Positions 47,938 to 57,141 of a stretch of 64,000 nt of DNA are shown in pieces. The stretch comes from Armatimonadota bacterium (GTDB lineage: Bacteria > Armatimonadota > UBA5829 > DSUL01): positions 256,001 to 320,000 of the forward strand of contig JBDHZC010000001.1 of NCBI GenBank assembly GCA_039811685.1. The letters are read 5' to 3'. The position numbers and the translations under genes were made by a program. Below the pieces are notes generated by a model. The model was not told the DNA's origin, did not search any database, and saw only the letters and a program-made list of their open reading frames with translations. Every line of letters starts with the position of its first letter. Within the stretch, counting starts at the first letter, position 1.

Positions 47938-50900
47938 CTAGTACCGCCCTACAATCTCCAGCTTTCCGTCGGTCTGCGGGTCCAGATGGATGATTTCGGA
48001 TGCTGGATTGAAGCGCGTCCAGTCGCGTCCGTTGACAGTGACTGACTGAAGGGGCCTGGCGTCTGGGTGGCGCAGGCGCAGCTCAAGGGATGCGGGTGGA
48101 TTGCGTCGGGGAGGCTCTACTACGGCGCGAATCTCTCTGGCTTTATCGCTGGACTCTATCCGGAAGCTCAGCGGTCCGAAGTAGCTGGCCATGTCATCTG
48201 CACTGAAGCCCTGACCCTCCGCCAGCCAGGCGCGCGGGGTCGCTGGCGCTATGCGCAGAGTGTCATAGCCGATTTCGCTCAGCAGGATGTGGCGCAGCCA
48301 GTTCACCCAGCAGCACTCATCCGGCGTCTTGTAGAACGGTCCCACACCCAGCCCGAACGCTTCCACCGGATGCTCCGCAAAGCAGTTGACATCGCGGTAG
48401 ATGTTCTGGGCGAACCCGTTGAAGAGCGCACGGATGGCGTGCTCGGGCTCATCACGCTTCACATAGACCATCACCATAGGCACCAGGCCACTCTGGATGG
48501 TATTGCCACCCTGGCTGAACCAGTCCCGCAGAATATCCACTCGACGGCCACGCAGCGGGCTGATGTAAACGTTGTCCTCCGTGTCTTTCAGAATCCAGGT
48601 TGACTGGTCTTCGCACGGCTCGAGCACGCCGCATTCGATGGAGTGAACCGGACCGTAAAGTGAGTCCCGAATCCAACCCAGGTCCCGGCTGAAAAGCCCG
48701 GATCGGGTAGGGGTGAAGGGCACGAAGTTTCCATCCAGCAACTCTGTCGCCGGGGAAAGCTGCATGTTGATCCGCATCGAGCGGCGGAGGTCCTCTCGGT
48801 AGGCGTCCGCCTCTGCGCGAATACGCTTTGCGTCCGAGTGCCCCAGCTCTTCCAGCACCCGCGCCGCCGCGTCCATACCCCTGTAGCAGTAAGCGTTCAC
48901 CGCGTACCAATAGAGCCACTCCGGGTTGTCCTCCAGATGGCCGGGTGGTATCAGACCGTATTCCGCGGCTTTGCCATCAGGGTAGTCGCCGGGTTTCATT
49001 GTGTAGCGGCGCTCCAGGGTCACGAAGTCGCAGGCGAGAATCATATTCCGCGCAATCGAGCGTGCCCAGTCCGCATCCCGTGTCAGGAAGTAGTGTTCCG
49101 CCAGCGAAAACAGCACAAAGCCGTGATCCAGGTTGTAGTTGAAAGTCTGGTAGTCTGTCTCTTCATCCAGCTTCAGCCCGTGCAGGACACCTTCCTGAGT
49201 CTTGAACTTCCCGTGCATCGGACGGGTGCTCTGGAGAGCGAGAAAAGGCTCCAGATACTTGCGGGCGCGGTGATGGTGTCCGCGAAGGTCCAGCGCGCGC
49301 ACCTGGTGCATCGCCTCATTGGCGCACACCATGTAGCCGAAGGTCGCCGCCGCCAGGAGATCAAAACCGGTCTTGATGTCCCGGTCAGCGGTGATCGCGA
49401 CATGCGGCAGTGTCGCCCGGACGAAGTCCGTGATCTGCTTTTCCGGAACAGTTATGGACGCGCCAGAGTCTATCAGCGACTGCCAGTAGCTTTGCGTATC
49501 TTGCAGTTTCGCGGCGAAGTCCGCATTCCTGACCTCCTCGCGCCCTTCGTCACCCAGGAACGTGATGAACGGAATCTTCAGGACAATCTCGTGCTCCTCG
49601 CAACTGTCCAGATCCAAAGTATAGAGAACAGCGTTGGGAAACGATGTGACGTTCAACGGGTCGTAGCCACAGGCGCAGGCCTTCAGCTCCCCACGTCCGC
49701 CCGTCTCAAATAGGGCGCGCATCCGGCGCTCAGAATAGGGCTTTTCGGTCCAGAAGTGCTCGGCGGCCCCGGAAGCCACGCGAATAGTATCCCGTGTAAT
49801 ACGCGCATTGGCGTACACAAATCCGTCTTCAACACTCAGGGACTCAGGCTGTTCGATGACCATCCAGAAGTGAGCTTTAGCAGGAAGCCTGACGGTGTTG
49901 CGAATACGAATGCGTGAGAACAGACAGACCGTTTCATTGCCACGCTTCTCCCACGGGTTCTCAAGGCTGTCGTAAAGCAGCGCGGCAAAGTCCTGCTTTT
50001 CAAAGGCGATTCCACGATCCGTCCAGGCGCTGGTGTAGATAGGTAGGTAGCCGTTTAGGGCGCTTTGACGGGTGCCGTTTTCGCGCTGCCTAAAGTCTGG
50101 CGGGTCCATGGTCGGGAAGCGGTAGTGGATGGATTTTCCTGGATGCAGCTGCCGGGCCGTGTCCCCGGACATAGACTTGATCTCTCGCCGGTCAATGAAG
50201 ATCGTACCGTCATAGCGCAGCGCAAACTCCTGGCGATTCGCATCCACTCCGAGGGGGACGTAGCGCTTCTGAATGGTCTTGACAAGGTGCGGAATCTCTG
50301 CTGACGCGCGCTCAAGCGATTGCTCAGGCTCAGTCTTGACGCGCTCAAACACGGGATCAGCCAGCTTGCGGCGCTCGGGAGGAGCTATCCGGCAGGTTAC
50401 TCTCAGGCCGATATCGGTCACGTCAACCGGTCCTTTGAAAGTGTCTTCAATACTGACGCTGCCGATGATTTCTTCGCCCCGGTAAACGTGCAGCACGGTC
50501 ATGTCAGGCGCTACCGGAAGCAGCTTCAGATCAATCTGAGAGGATGTATCCGCCCAGAGGACGTTTGCCTCGATGCTGCCGCCTGAGTCCCGCTGTGAAC
50601 GAATCTCTCCGTTGGTAATAGACAGTCGAAGTTGACTGCTCTCTGTTTCTTTGACCTGGACTACGAGATCAGCTTCGCGCCAGGCGGAGGTGGACAGGGC
50701 TCTCCAATCTCGCACGGCGGGACCCTGGTTTTGTCCATACAGCAGGCGAAACCGGTAGGTCTGGCGGTAGAAAACGGCAAAGTCGTTGGCTTTGTCCATC
50801 TCGGTGAAGTCGAGCGGGTGGAAGCGCCAGGACAGCCGGTTACCGTCTTTCTCAATATCGCCGTGTAGATTGACCCAACTTCCGTTGTAGGGGTCATCAA

Positions 50901-51219
50901 TAGCTGTCCAGCCGCCGATGAACTCAGCCGGCCAGTTGTGGTTCCAATACTGCAGCTTGAGGCTGTCCGGATCGGGCGCAGAGCCATCAAAGATGACTTC
51001 AAAGGAGCTGACCTGTCGTGGCTTCTCCCACTCCAGTCCTATGTGCCAGCCGCCCTGAGCTTCATCGAAAACAGGCCGCCAGAGACCGTTTTCCTGCGCT
51101 ATCTCAACGGCTTCAATCTCTTCAGGATTACCGCCAGTCCAACCCCTGACTCTCCCAAAAGCTGCGAGGTCCACCGCCTCGCCCACACGCCGCTCTTTGT
51201 CAAACCCATCTATCGCCAT
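47938..51219 (-). CDS. Large hypothetical protein, probable (alpha/alpha)6 glycoside hydrolase
   Basis: 1,093 aa; 'LAEHYFLTRD..W', 'GLIPPGHLED', 'APATPRAWL..G' and 'LRLRHP......V.VNG' resemble six-hairpin glycosidase C-termini. Confidence 0.55.
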   Translation of the reverse strand: MAIDGFDKERRVGEAVDLAAFGRVRGWTGGNPEEIEAVEIAQENGLWRPVFDEAQGGWHIGLEWEKPRQVSSFEVIFDGSAPDPDSLKLQYWNHNWPAEFIGGWTAIDDPYNGSWVNLHGDIEKDGNRLSWRFHPLDFTEMDKANDFAVFYRQTYRFRLLYGQNQGPAVRDWRALSTSAWREADLVVQVKETESSQLRLSITNGEIRSQRDSGGSIEANVLWADTSSQIDLKLLPVAPDMTVLHVYRGEEIIGSVSIEDTFKGPVDVTDIGLRVTCRIAPPERRKLADPVFERVKTEPEQSLERASAEIPHLVKTIQKRYVPLGVDANRQEFALRYDGTIFIDRREIKSMSGDTARQLHPGKSIHYRFPTMDPPDFRQRENGTRQSALNGYLPIYTSAWTDRGIAFEKQDFAALLYDSLENPWEKRGNETVCLFSRIRIRNTVRLPAKAHFWMVIEQPESLSVEDGFVYANARITRDTIRVASGAAEHFWTEKPYSERRMRALFETGGRGELKACACGYDPLNVTSFPNAVLYTLDLDSCEEHEIVLKIPFITFLGDEGREEVRNADFAAKLQDTQSYWQSLIDSGASITVPEKQITDFVRATLPHVAITADRDIKTGFDLLAAATFGYMVCANEAMHQVRALDLRGHHHRARKYLEPFLALQSTRPMHGKFKTQEGVLHGLKLDEETDYQTFNYNLDHGFVLFSLAEHYFLTRDADWARSIARNMILACDFVTLERRYTMKPGDYPDGKAAEYGLIPPGHLEDNPEWLYWYAVNAYCYRGMDAAARVLEELGHSDAKRIRAEADAYREDLRRSMRINMQLSPATELLDGNFVPFTPTRSGLFSRDLGWIRDSLYGPVHSIECGVLEPCEDQSTWILKDTEDNVYISPLRGRRVDILRDWFSQGGNTIQSGLVPMVMVYVKRDEPEHAIRALFNGFAQNIYRDVNCFAEHPVEAFGLGVGPFYKTPDECCWVNWLRHILLSEIGYDTLRIAPATPRAWLAEGQGFSADDMASYFGPLSFRIESSDKAREIRAVVEPPRRNPPASLELRLRHPDARPLQSVTVNGRDWTRFNPASEIIHLDPQTDGKLEIVGRY

Positions 51220-51363
51220 CAGACTCTCTCCTGTCGCTGGATTCCCAAACGGCTGAGTTCCACTCAGACAGCGCCAGTTCCTCCACAGGAAGGGAGGCGT
51301 GCAGGAGTTTACAGGCCTCCAGCCAAACTTTAGGTGGACACAGAGGCTTTTGGAGGAGCGCTT

Positions 51364-54300
51364 ATGCCAGAAGAAAGAGATTGCCGCACGCCAGGATGTT
51401 GCTCTGGAGGATACACGCGCAGGGACTTCATTCGTCTCGCGGTTTCGGCGGGCGCTGGTTTTTCACTTTTCGGACTTCCAGGCTTCGCGGTTGCGTCACC
51501 AGACCACAAACTCAGCGAACAGGAATTGGAACGGTGGCTGGAGGCGGTTATGGGGCCGGCCAATCCACTCACTTATTCGCCCCGCAACAATCCTTTAGCG
51601 GCTGTACCTTTCGGTGGTATTGGCTGCGGCAATGTCTACGTGGGTGTTGACGGCGCGCTCAAGGACTGGCTGATCTTCAACAATGTTCAGCCAGTCCAGA
51701 TACCCAACACGTTCTTCGCAATCCGGTGCGCTGGTCCATCCGGTAGAAACGTCACTCGTGCTCTCCAAACACAGCAAATACAAGGCGTTGAAAAGTTGCT
51801 GCTGGTTGAAGACATCAAACTGACTGGTGAGTATCCACAGGCGCTGCTTGAGTATCTGGACGCAGATCTTCCTGTTTCTGTCAAGCTGAAGGCTGCAACG
51901 CCGTTTGTACCGTTGAACTCGCGTGGCAGCGCGATTTCGGGCGTACGTTTTGACTTCACCGTCAGGAATTCCAGTCCAGATACGCAGAAAGTGAGCATGC
52001 TCTTTGCTGCTCAGAACAGCGCTGGGCTTGGCAGCTTTGGTGGAAACGTCAATACAGTTCGATCTGAAGGCTCTCTGACCTCCATCGTCATGGCTATTCG
52101 GCCGGGAATTGAGCCAAGCATTGATGAGCCAACTCGAATTCTGTCAACGGCGCGGAATTTTACGCCCACGACCGAGGAGATGCCTGAAGAGCTCACGGTC
52201 ACTGCGGCCACGCCGGGACTTCTGAAGGCTCCTTTCAAGAAGGAAGGCTCTTCAGCACGCACAATCTACTGGCTCGAAGAGCCGTCTCTGTACGAAGCAG
52301 GAGCGCTAAGGCACATTGAAGCGGCTGCTTCATCGGGCGCGCACATCGTGTTTTCCGGGGCAGTATCTTTGTTGAACGCTGCGGCAGGCGCCTCTGAGTT
52401 GTCTGTCGAGCGTCCGGACATAGTCATTGACGATTTCGAGGACGGCGCCTTCCACAAATGGCAGGTCACGGGAGATGCGTTTGCCGCGGGACCGCAGACC
52501 GGGACTCTACCATTTCAACAGCCTGTAAGCGGTTATGAGGGCAAGTATTTCGTAAACAGCTTCAACAACGGAGATGGTACGACAGGCCGAATGATAAGCC
52601 GGCCCTTTGAGATTCAACGCCGGGCAATCAGCTTTCTGATAGGTGGCGGAGCATATCCAGGGCAAACGTGCCTGAACCTGGTAGTCCACGACCGCATTGT
52701 ACGCACTCAAACCGGAAAAAATTCGGAGTCTCTCGAAAGAGTGTCTTGGGATGTCTCGGGACTTCAGGGACAGAAGGCTCACCTCGAGATTGTGGACCAG
52801 CACAGTGGATCCTGGGGCCATGTGAATGTGGACGATATTCGTCAGACGGATGAGTCAACGGCCAAGCTGACCAAAGAAGCGGCCTCACTGCTTGGCCAAC
52901 TCCTGCCTGTAGGTCTGGCAGTCCTTTCGGAGCAGACTGGTCCCGTGTCTGCAGATGTGAAACTTGATGGCGTTACGGCATCTCTTACATTGCCCCAGGT
53001 CTACGGATCACCCGATATGACGCTCTCTAACGGCGCTCAGGTGATTGCTCGTTCGGAAGACGGCTCTCCGCTGATAGTTTCTCACAGATATAAGAATGGC
53101 TCCGCTACGCTCGTCCTTGGCCCATTGTGGATGCAAAATGATCAAACTTCTGAGACGCGCCAACAGGCGCTCAGCTTTCTGGTGGCGGTGGCGGAAGGTC
53201 ATTACACACCTGGAAAGGGCATTCAGAAGCGCGATCCGGCCTATGGCGAGATGAGCATTTCAACAGATGCTCCATCTTCCACGGCCCTGCCATTCTTCCA
53301 AAGCGCTGATCAGTTGTTAGCGCTGTTCAGTGCGCGAGGCTCTTTGCCAAGCGGTCGCGATGGAGAGGAGACGACCCCATCTGCGCCATCAGAAACTGCC
53401 AACGCTGCGCTTTCAGTCTCATCGGAGATTCCGCCTGGACAAGAGAATACCTTCAGCTTCTACCTGACCTGGCGCTTTCCAAACTACTGGTTTCAGAACA
53501 GATGGATTGGCAATCGCTACGCCAGATTCTGGAGTGATTCCTTTCAAGTCGCTCGTACTCTTGCGAATGATGCAGCCCTTGCCCGGCAGACCGAGAGTTA
53601 TCTGAAGTCAATGTACCAAACCAGTCTTCCCTACTGGCTGATAGACTGTCTATCCAGTCAGTCGAGCACCATCAGAAGTGAGGTCTGCGTCTGGACGGAT
53701 CAGGACGCTTTTGCCGGGTATGAAGGCTCGGGCGGGTGCTGCCCGATGAACTGTACTCACGTCTGGGGCTATGAGCAGACGCTCGCGCGCCTCTTCCCGG
53801 ATCTCGAGCGCCGAATGCGGAATGCCGATTTCAAGCATCAGCAGAATGCCGACGGTGGCATTAACAATCGCATCAGCCTGCCCGTGGTAGACCATCCGAC
53901 AGGTGAGCGGCCGTTTGTTGACGGGCACGCCAGCAGCATTCTGAAAGCTTACCGCGAGCATCTGAACTCACCCGACGCCAGTTTTCTGAACCAGTACTGG
54001 CCGAATATCCGCAAAGCCGTTGATTATCTGGTTCATCTCGACGGAGACAGCCCGGATGGAATCATCGAAGGCGAGCAGTGGAACACTTACGACTGCCAGG
54101 TCAGCGGTCCGAATAGCTTCATTGGGAGCTACTATCTGGCTGCGCTCAGGGCAGGCGAAGAGATGGCCAAAGAGATGGGAGACCACCAGGCCGCCGGGCG
54201 ATGGCGGTCGATATTCGAGTCCGGCCAGAAGCGGCTTGTAGAGCTTTGCTGGAACGGAGAATACTTCGTCCAGAAGCTTCAGAACTATCAGGATTTTCCG

Positions 54301-55101
54301 ACACAGTACGGTCCAGGTTGCCTTTCGGATCAGCTTATCGGGCAGTGGTGGGCGCATCAGCTTGGGCTTGGATACGTGCTGCCGCAGAAGCTGGTAAGAA
54401 CGGCGCTGCGCAGTATCTACAAGTACAACTGGCGGTCGGATTTCAGTGACTTCAAGCACGCGCAGCGCGTATTTGCTGATGGTCACGACAAGGGCTTGCT
54501 GAACTGCTCATGGCCGCATGGCGGACGTCCGGAAAGGCCCATCCTCTACTGTGATGAAGTCTGGACGGGTGTGGAGTACCAGGTGGCTGCGCACATGATC
54601 TACGAGGGTATGTTGCAGGAAGGAATGGCCATTGTAGCTGGAGCGCGGGAGCGCTACGACGGCGCAAGGCGCAACCCGTGGAACGAAATCGAATGTGGTG
54701 GACACTATGCCCGCGCCATGTCCAACTGGTCTATCCTGCTTGCGCTCTCAGGATTTCACTATCGTGGACCGCAGGCACAGTTGGAGTTTGCCCCGAAGAT
54801 GCACGCCGAGGCTTTCAAATCCTTTTTCTCTGTGAGCCAGGGGTGGGGCAGTTTTGCTCAGCGCAGGCAGGGCGACCTCCAGACGAGCAATGTGCACCTG
54901 GCGCACGGGGAGCTGCGGTTGAAAACGCTATTGGTGACAATCCCGGAAGGGGCGAGGCTCCTTTCGGGCGAGGCCACTGTAAGCGGGCGCAAGGTTGGGA
55001 AAATCTTTACTAGAGGACCAAAGGCGGTTGTTACGTTCAGTCCAGAGATTACTCTGACGGCCGGACAGACTCTTTCGCTCAGACTGCGACTGTCACGCTA
55101 A
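51364..55101 (+). CDS. GH116 beta-glycosidase with Tat signal and internal insertion
   Basis: 'TRRDF' Tat motif; 'PFGGIG.G', 'YEG...CCPMNCTHVW.Y', 'NTYD', 'GCLSDQL.GQWWA', 'EVWTGVEY' and 'EIECG.HYARAMS'. Confidence 0.9.
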   Translation: MPEERDCRTPGCCSGGYTRRDFIRLAVSAGAGFSLFGLPGFAVASPDHKLSEQELERWLEAVMGPANPLTYSPRNNPLAAVPFGGIGCGNVYVGVDGALKDWLIFNNVQPVQIPNTFFAIRCAGPSGRNVTRALQTQQIQGVEKLLLVEDIKLTGEYPQALLEYLDADLPVSVKLKAATPFVPLNSRGSAISGVRFDFTVRNSSPDTQKVSMLFAAQNSAGLGSFGGNVNTVRSEGSLTSIVMAIRPGIEPSIDEPTRILSTARNFTPTTEEMPEELTVTAATPGLLKAPFKKEGSSARTIYWLEEPSLYEAGALRHIEAAASSGAHIVFSGAVSLLNAAAGASELSVERPDIVIDDFEDGAFHKWQVTGDAFAAGPQTGTLPFQQPVSGYEGKYFVNSFNNGDGTTGRMISRPFEIQRRAISFLIGGGAYPGQTCLNLVVHDRIVRTQTGKNSESLERVSWDVSGLQGQKAHLEIVDQHSGSWGHVNVDDIRQTDESTAKLTKEAASLLGQLLPVGLAVLSEQTGPVSADVKLDGVTASLTLPQVYGSPDMTLSNGAQVIARSEDGSPLIVSHRYKNGSATLVLGPLWMQNDQTSETRQQALSFLVAVAEGHYTPGKGIQKRDPAYGEMSISTDAPSSTALPFFQSADQLLALFSARGSLPSGRDGEETTPSAPSETANAALSVSSEIPPGQENTFSFYLTWRFPNYWFQNRWIGNRYARFWSDSFQVARTLANDAALARQTESYLKSMYQTSLPYWLIDCLSSQSSTIRSEVCVWTDQDAFAGYEGSGGCCPMNCTHVWGYEQTLARLFPDLERRMRNADFKHQQNADGGINNRISLPVVDHPTGERPFVDGHASSILKAYREHLNSPDASFLNQYWPNIRKAVDYLVHLDGDSPDGIIEGEQWNTYDCQVSGPNSFIGSYYLAALRAGEEMAKEMGDHQAAGRWRSIFESGQKRLVELCWNGEYFVQKLQNYQDFPTQYGPGCLSDQLIGQWWAHQLGLGYVLPQKLVRTALRSIYKYNWRSDFSDFKHAQRVFADGHDKGLLNCSWPHGGRPERPILYCDEVWTGVEYQVAAHMIYEGMLQEGMAIVAGARERYDGARRNPWNEIECGGHYARAMSNWSILLALSGFHYRGPQAQLEFAPKMHAEAFKSFFSVSQGWGSFAQRRQGDLQTSNVHLAHGELRLKTLLVTIPEGARLLSGEATVSGRKVGKIFTRGPKAVVTFSPEITLTAGQTLSLRLRLSR

Positions 55102-55232
55102 CCAGGTGAGCCTCAAATCGCTTCGAGAAGCAACTTTCTATCCCTCCAGGTTTCCGAACCTGGAGGCATGAACAAATTGCCGTTCTAGCAGCCATCGGAC
55201 CGGACACTTTCGGTCTGGCTTTGCGTGTCGCG

Positions 55233-55649
55233 CTAATCAGATACGGGTCGAGGCGCTTTGACGAGCAACAGCGGAATGTGAGTGAGCCGTTTGACATCCT
55301 CGGCGACGCTACCCATCACCCAGCGCATGAGTGACGAGTGCCCGTGCGTCCCGATTACAATGAGATCGCAATTCAACTTCTCCGCATCCTCAGCGATGGC
55401 GTGCCCAGGCTCACCCTGGCCGATGGCAGTTTCGCAGTCCAGACCCTCTTGCGCCATTCGCGCCCTAATCTTCGCGAGATAGGCTTCCGCTTCCTCCATC
55501 TCGTGAGCTTTGGAGTCGCGCGTGTGGTAATGGGCTACGCGATACAGGATGAGGGTGCTGCCCAACTCGCGAGCGAGCCTGCTGATGTGTTCCAGCGTAG
55601 CATCATCCACTCTGCTGTGATCCAGGGCCACCAGAATTCGCTTATACAA
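55233..55649 (-). CDS. Universal stress protein
   Basis: 'YKRILVALD.S' and 'DLIVIGTHG......MGSVAE.V'. Confidence 0.9.
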   Translation of the reverse strand: MYKRILVALDHSRVDDATLEHISRLARELGSTLILYRVAHYHTRDSKAHEMEEAEAYLAKIRARMAQEGLDCETAIGQGEPGHAIAEDAEKLNCDLIVIGTHGHSSLMRWVMGSVAEDVKRLTHIPLLLVKAPRPVSD

Positions 55650-55670
55650 GGCAATCTCCCGTATCGCTGC

Positions 55671-57026
55671 TCAAAACAGATCTCCAAGAGCGTGGTACAG
55701 CAGCATAACATTCAGACCAATAATCAGAGCCGAGACCGCGATAGCAAGCGCGAACTCAGTCCCGCGACTTCGAAAAGCACCCATCACCTTCTCGCTGCGC
55801 GCCAGCACAACCAGAGGAATAATGGTCAGTGGAAGCTGAATGGACAGGGCCAACTGGCTGTAGATCAGTGCTTTGTAGCTGTCTACGCCCATTGCGATGA
55901 CAATGATGCACGGCACGCTTGTCACGACCAGTCCTATCCGGTAGAACACACTGTGCGGGTCTTCCGGCTTTCCAGCAAAGCCTGCCAGCACATTCGCCTC
56001 AGCAAGAGAGGACGTAATTGAGCTGCCGATCCCGGCAAACAGCAGTGCTACGCCGAACAGAAATTGGGCGAGAGCGCCTCCGATGTCAGCGCCCGTTATG
56101 CGGGCGGCCAAAGGCCGGAGAGTGGCCGAGGCCTGTTCTATTGAACTGACCAGCGTACTGTGCCTGTAAAAGACAGCTGCAGCCACCACTATCATTGAGC
56201 AGTTAACCAGCCATCCGAGCGCCATTGCCAGCGACGTATCCCAGAGCTCAAAGCGTACCAGACGTTTCCGTTCCGCATCAGACACGCCCCAGTCCCGGCT
56301 CTGGATGACGTTGGAGTGGAGATAGATATTGTGTGGCATCACCACGGCCCCAAGCATGGCCATGGCAATGACAATGTTGCTGGCGGTCAAAGTCGGAACA
56401 ACCAGACCCGGAGCGACAGCCTTCCAGTTCGGTTGGACTAGAAACAGCTCTACGACATAGCACGCGGCGATAATCGCCAGAAAGCCCAGGATCATGCGCT
56501 CCAGGCGGTGATAGCGCTGTCCTAAAATAGCGACAAAGACAATCAGAACAGTCAACGGGGCGCCGATCACAGGCGGAATGCCAAACAGAAGCTGAAATCC
56601 CAGAGCGGCGCCCAGATATTCGGCCATGTCTGTGGCTACGCAAGCGATAACAATGGAAACGCCCAGGATCGCAGAAAGCCATTTCGGTGACCGGCTGTAA
56701 ATATTGACTGCCAGAGATTTGCCAGTGACAATACCCAGCCGTGCGACCATATGCTGCATCAGAACGAGCATCAGGGTCGAGAGTGTGATCACCCAGAGCA
56801 GTTCGTAGCCAAACTCAGACCCCCCGGCGATGTTAGTCGCCCAGTTGCCCGGGTCGATAAAGCCCACAGTGACTATGAAGCCTGGACCCAGGTAGCGCAG
56901 CAATGCGCGCAAAAAGCTGAGCAGGTCTTCCGGTTCGTGCTCTGGCAGTACCTGAGGCTCTTCAGCAAAGAGTTCGGGCGTGTCCGGATTGTGTTTGTCG
57001 GGGAAGTCCACGGAGTTAGTCTTCAC
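55671..57026 (-). CDS. mntH: Nramp-family divalent metal transporter (MntH)
   Basis: 'GPGF......DPGN' and 'GAVVMPHNIYLHS' Nramp signatures. Confidence 0.9.
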   Translation of the reverse strand: MKTNSVDFPDKHNPDTPELFAEEPQVLPEHEPEDLLSFLRALLRYLGPGFIVTVGFIDPGNWATNIAGGSEFGYELLWVITLSTLMLVLMQHMVARLGIVTGKSLAVNIYSRSPKWLSAILGVSIVIACVATDMAEYLGAALGFQLLFGIPPVIGAPLTVLIVFVAILGQRYHRLERMILGFLAIIAACYVVELFLVQPNWKAVAPGLVVPTLTASNIVIAMAMLGAVVMPHNIYLHSNVIQSRDWGVSDAERKRLVRFELWDTSLAMALGWLVNCSMIVVAAAVFYRHSTLVSSIEQASATLRPLAARITGADIGGALAQFLFGVALLFAGIGSSITSSLAEANVLAGFAGKPEDPHSVFYRIGLVVTSVPCIIVIAMGVDSYKALIYSQLALSIQLPLTIIPLVVLARSEKVMGAFRSRGTEFALAIAVSALIIGLNVMLLYHALGDLF

Positions 57027-57141
57027 TACGGCACGCTGGCCAGATTTTCCTCTAGCCGGAGTTTATGAAGTGGGAGGTTTGTCCGGGCTGACAGGAAACT
57101 GCGATGCACCGCTCGAAGACTAAAGATAGGGGATCCTCAAT

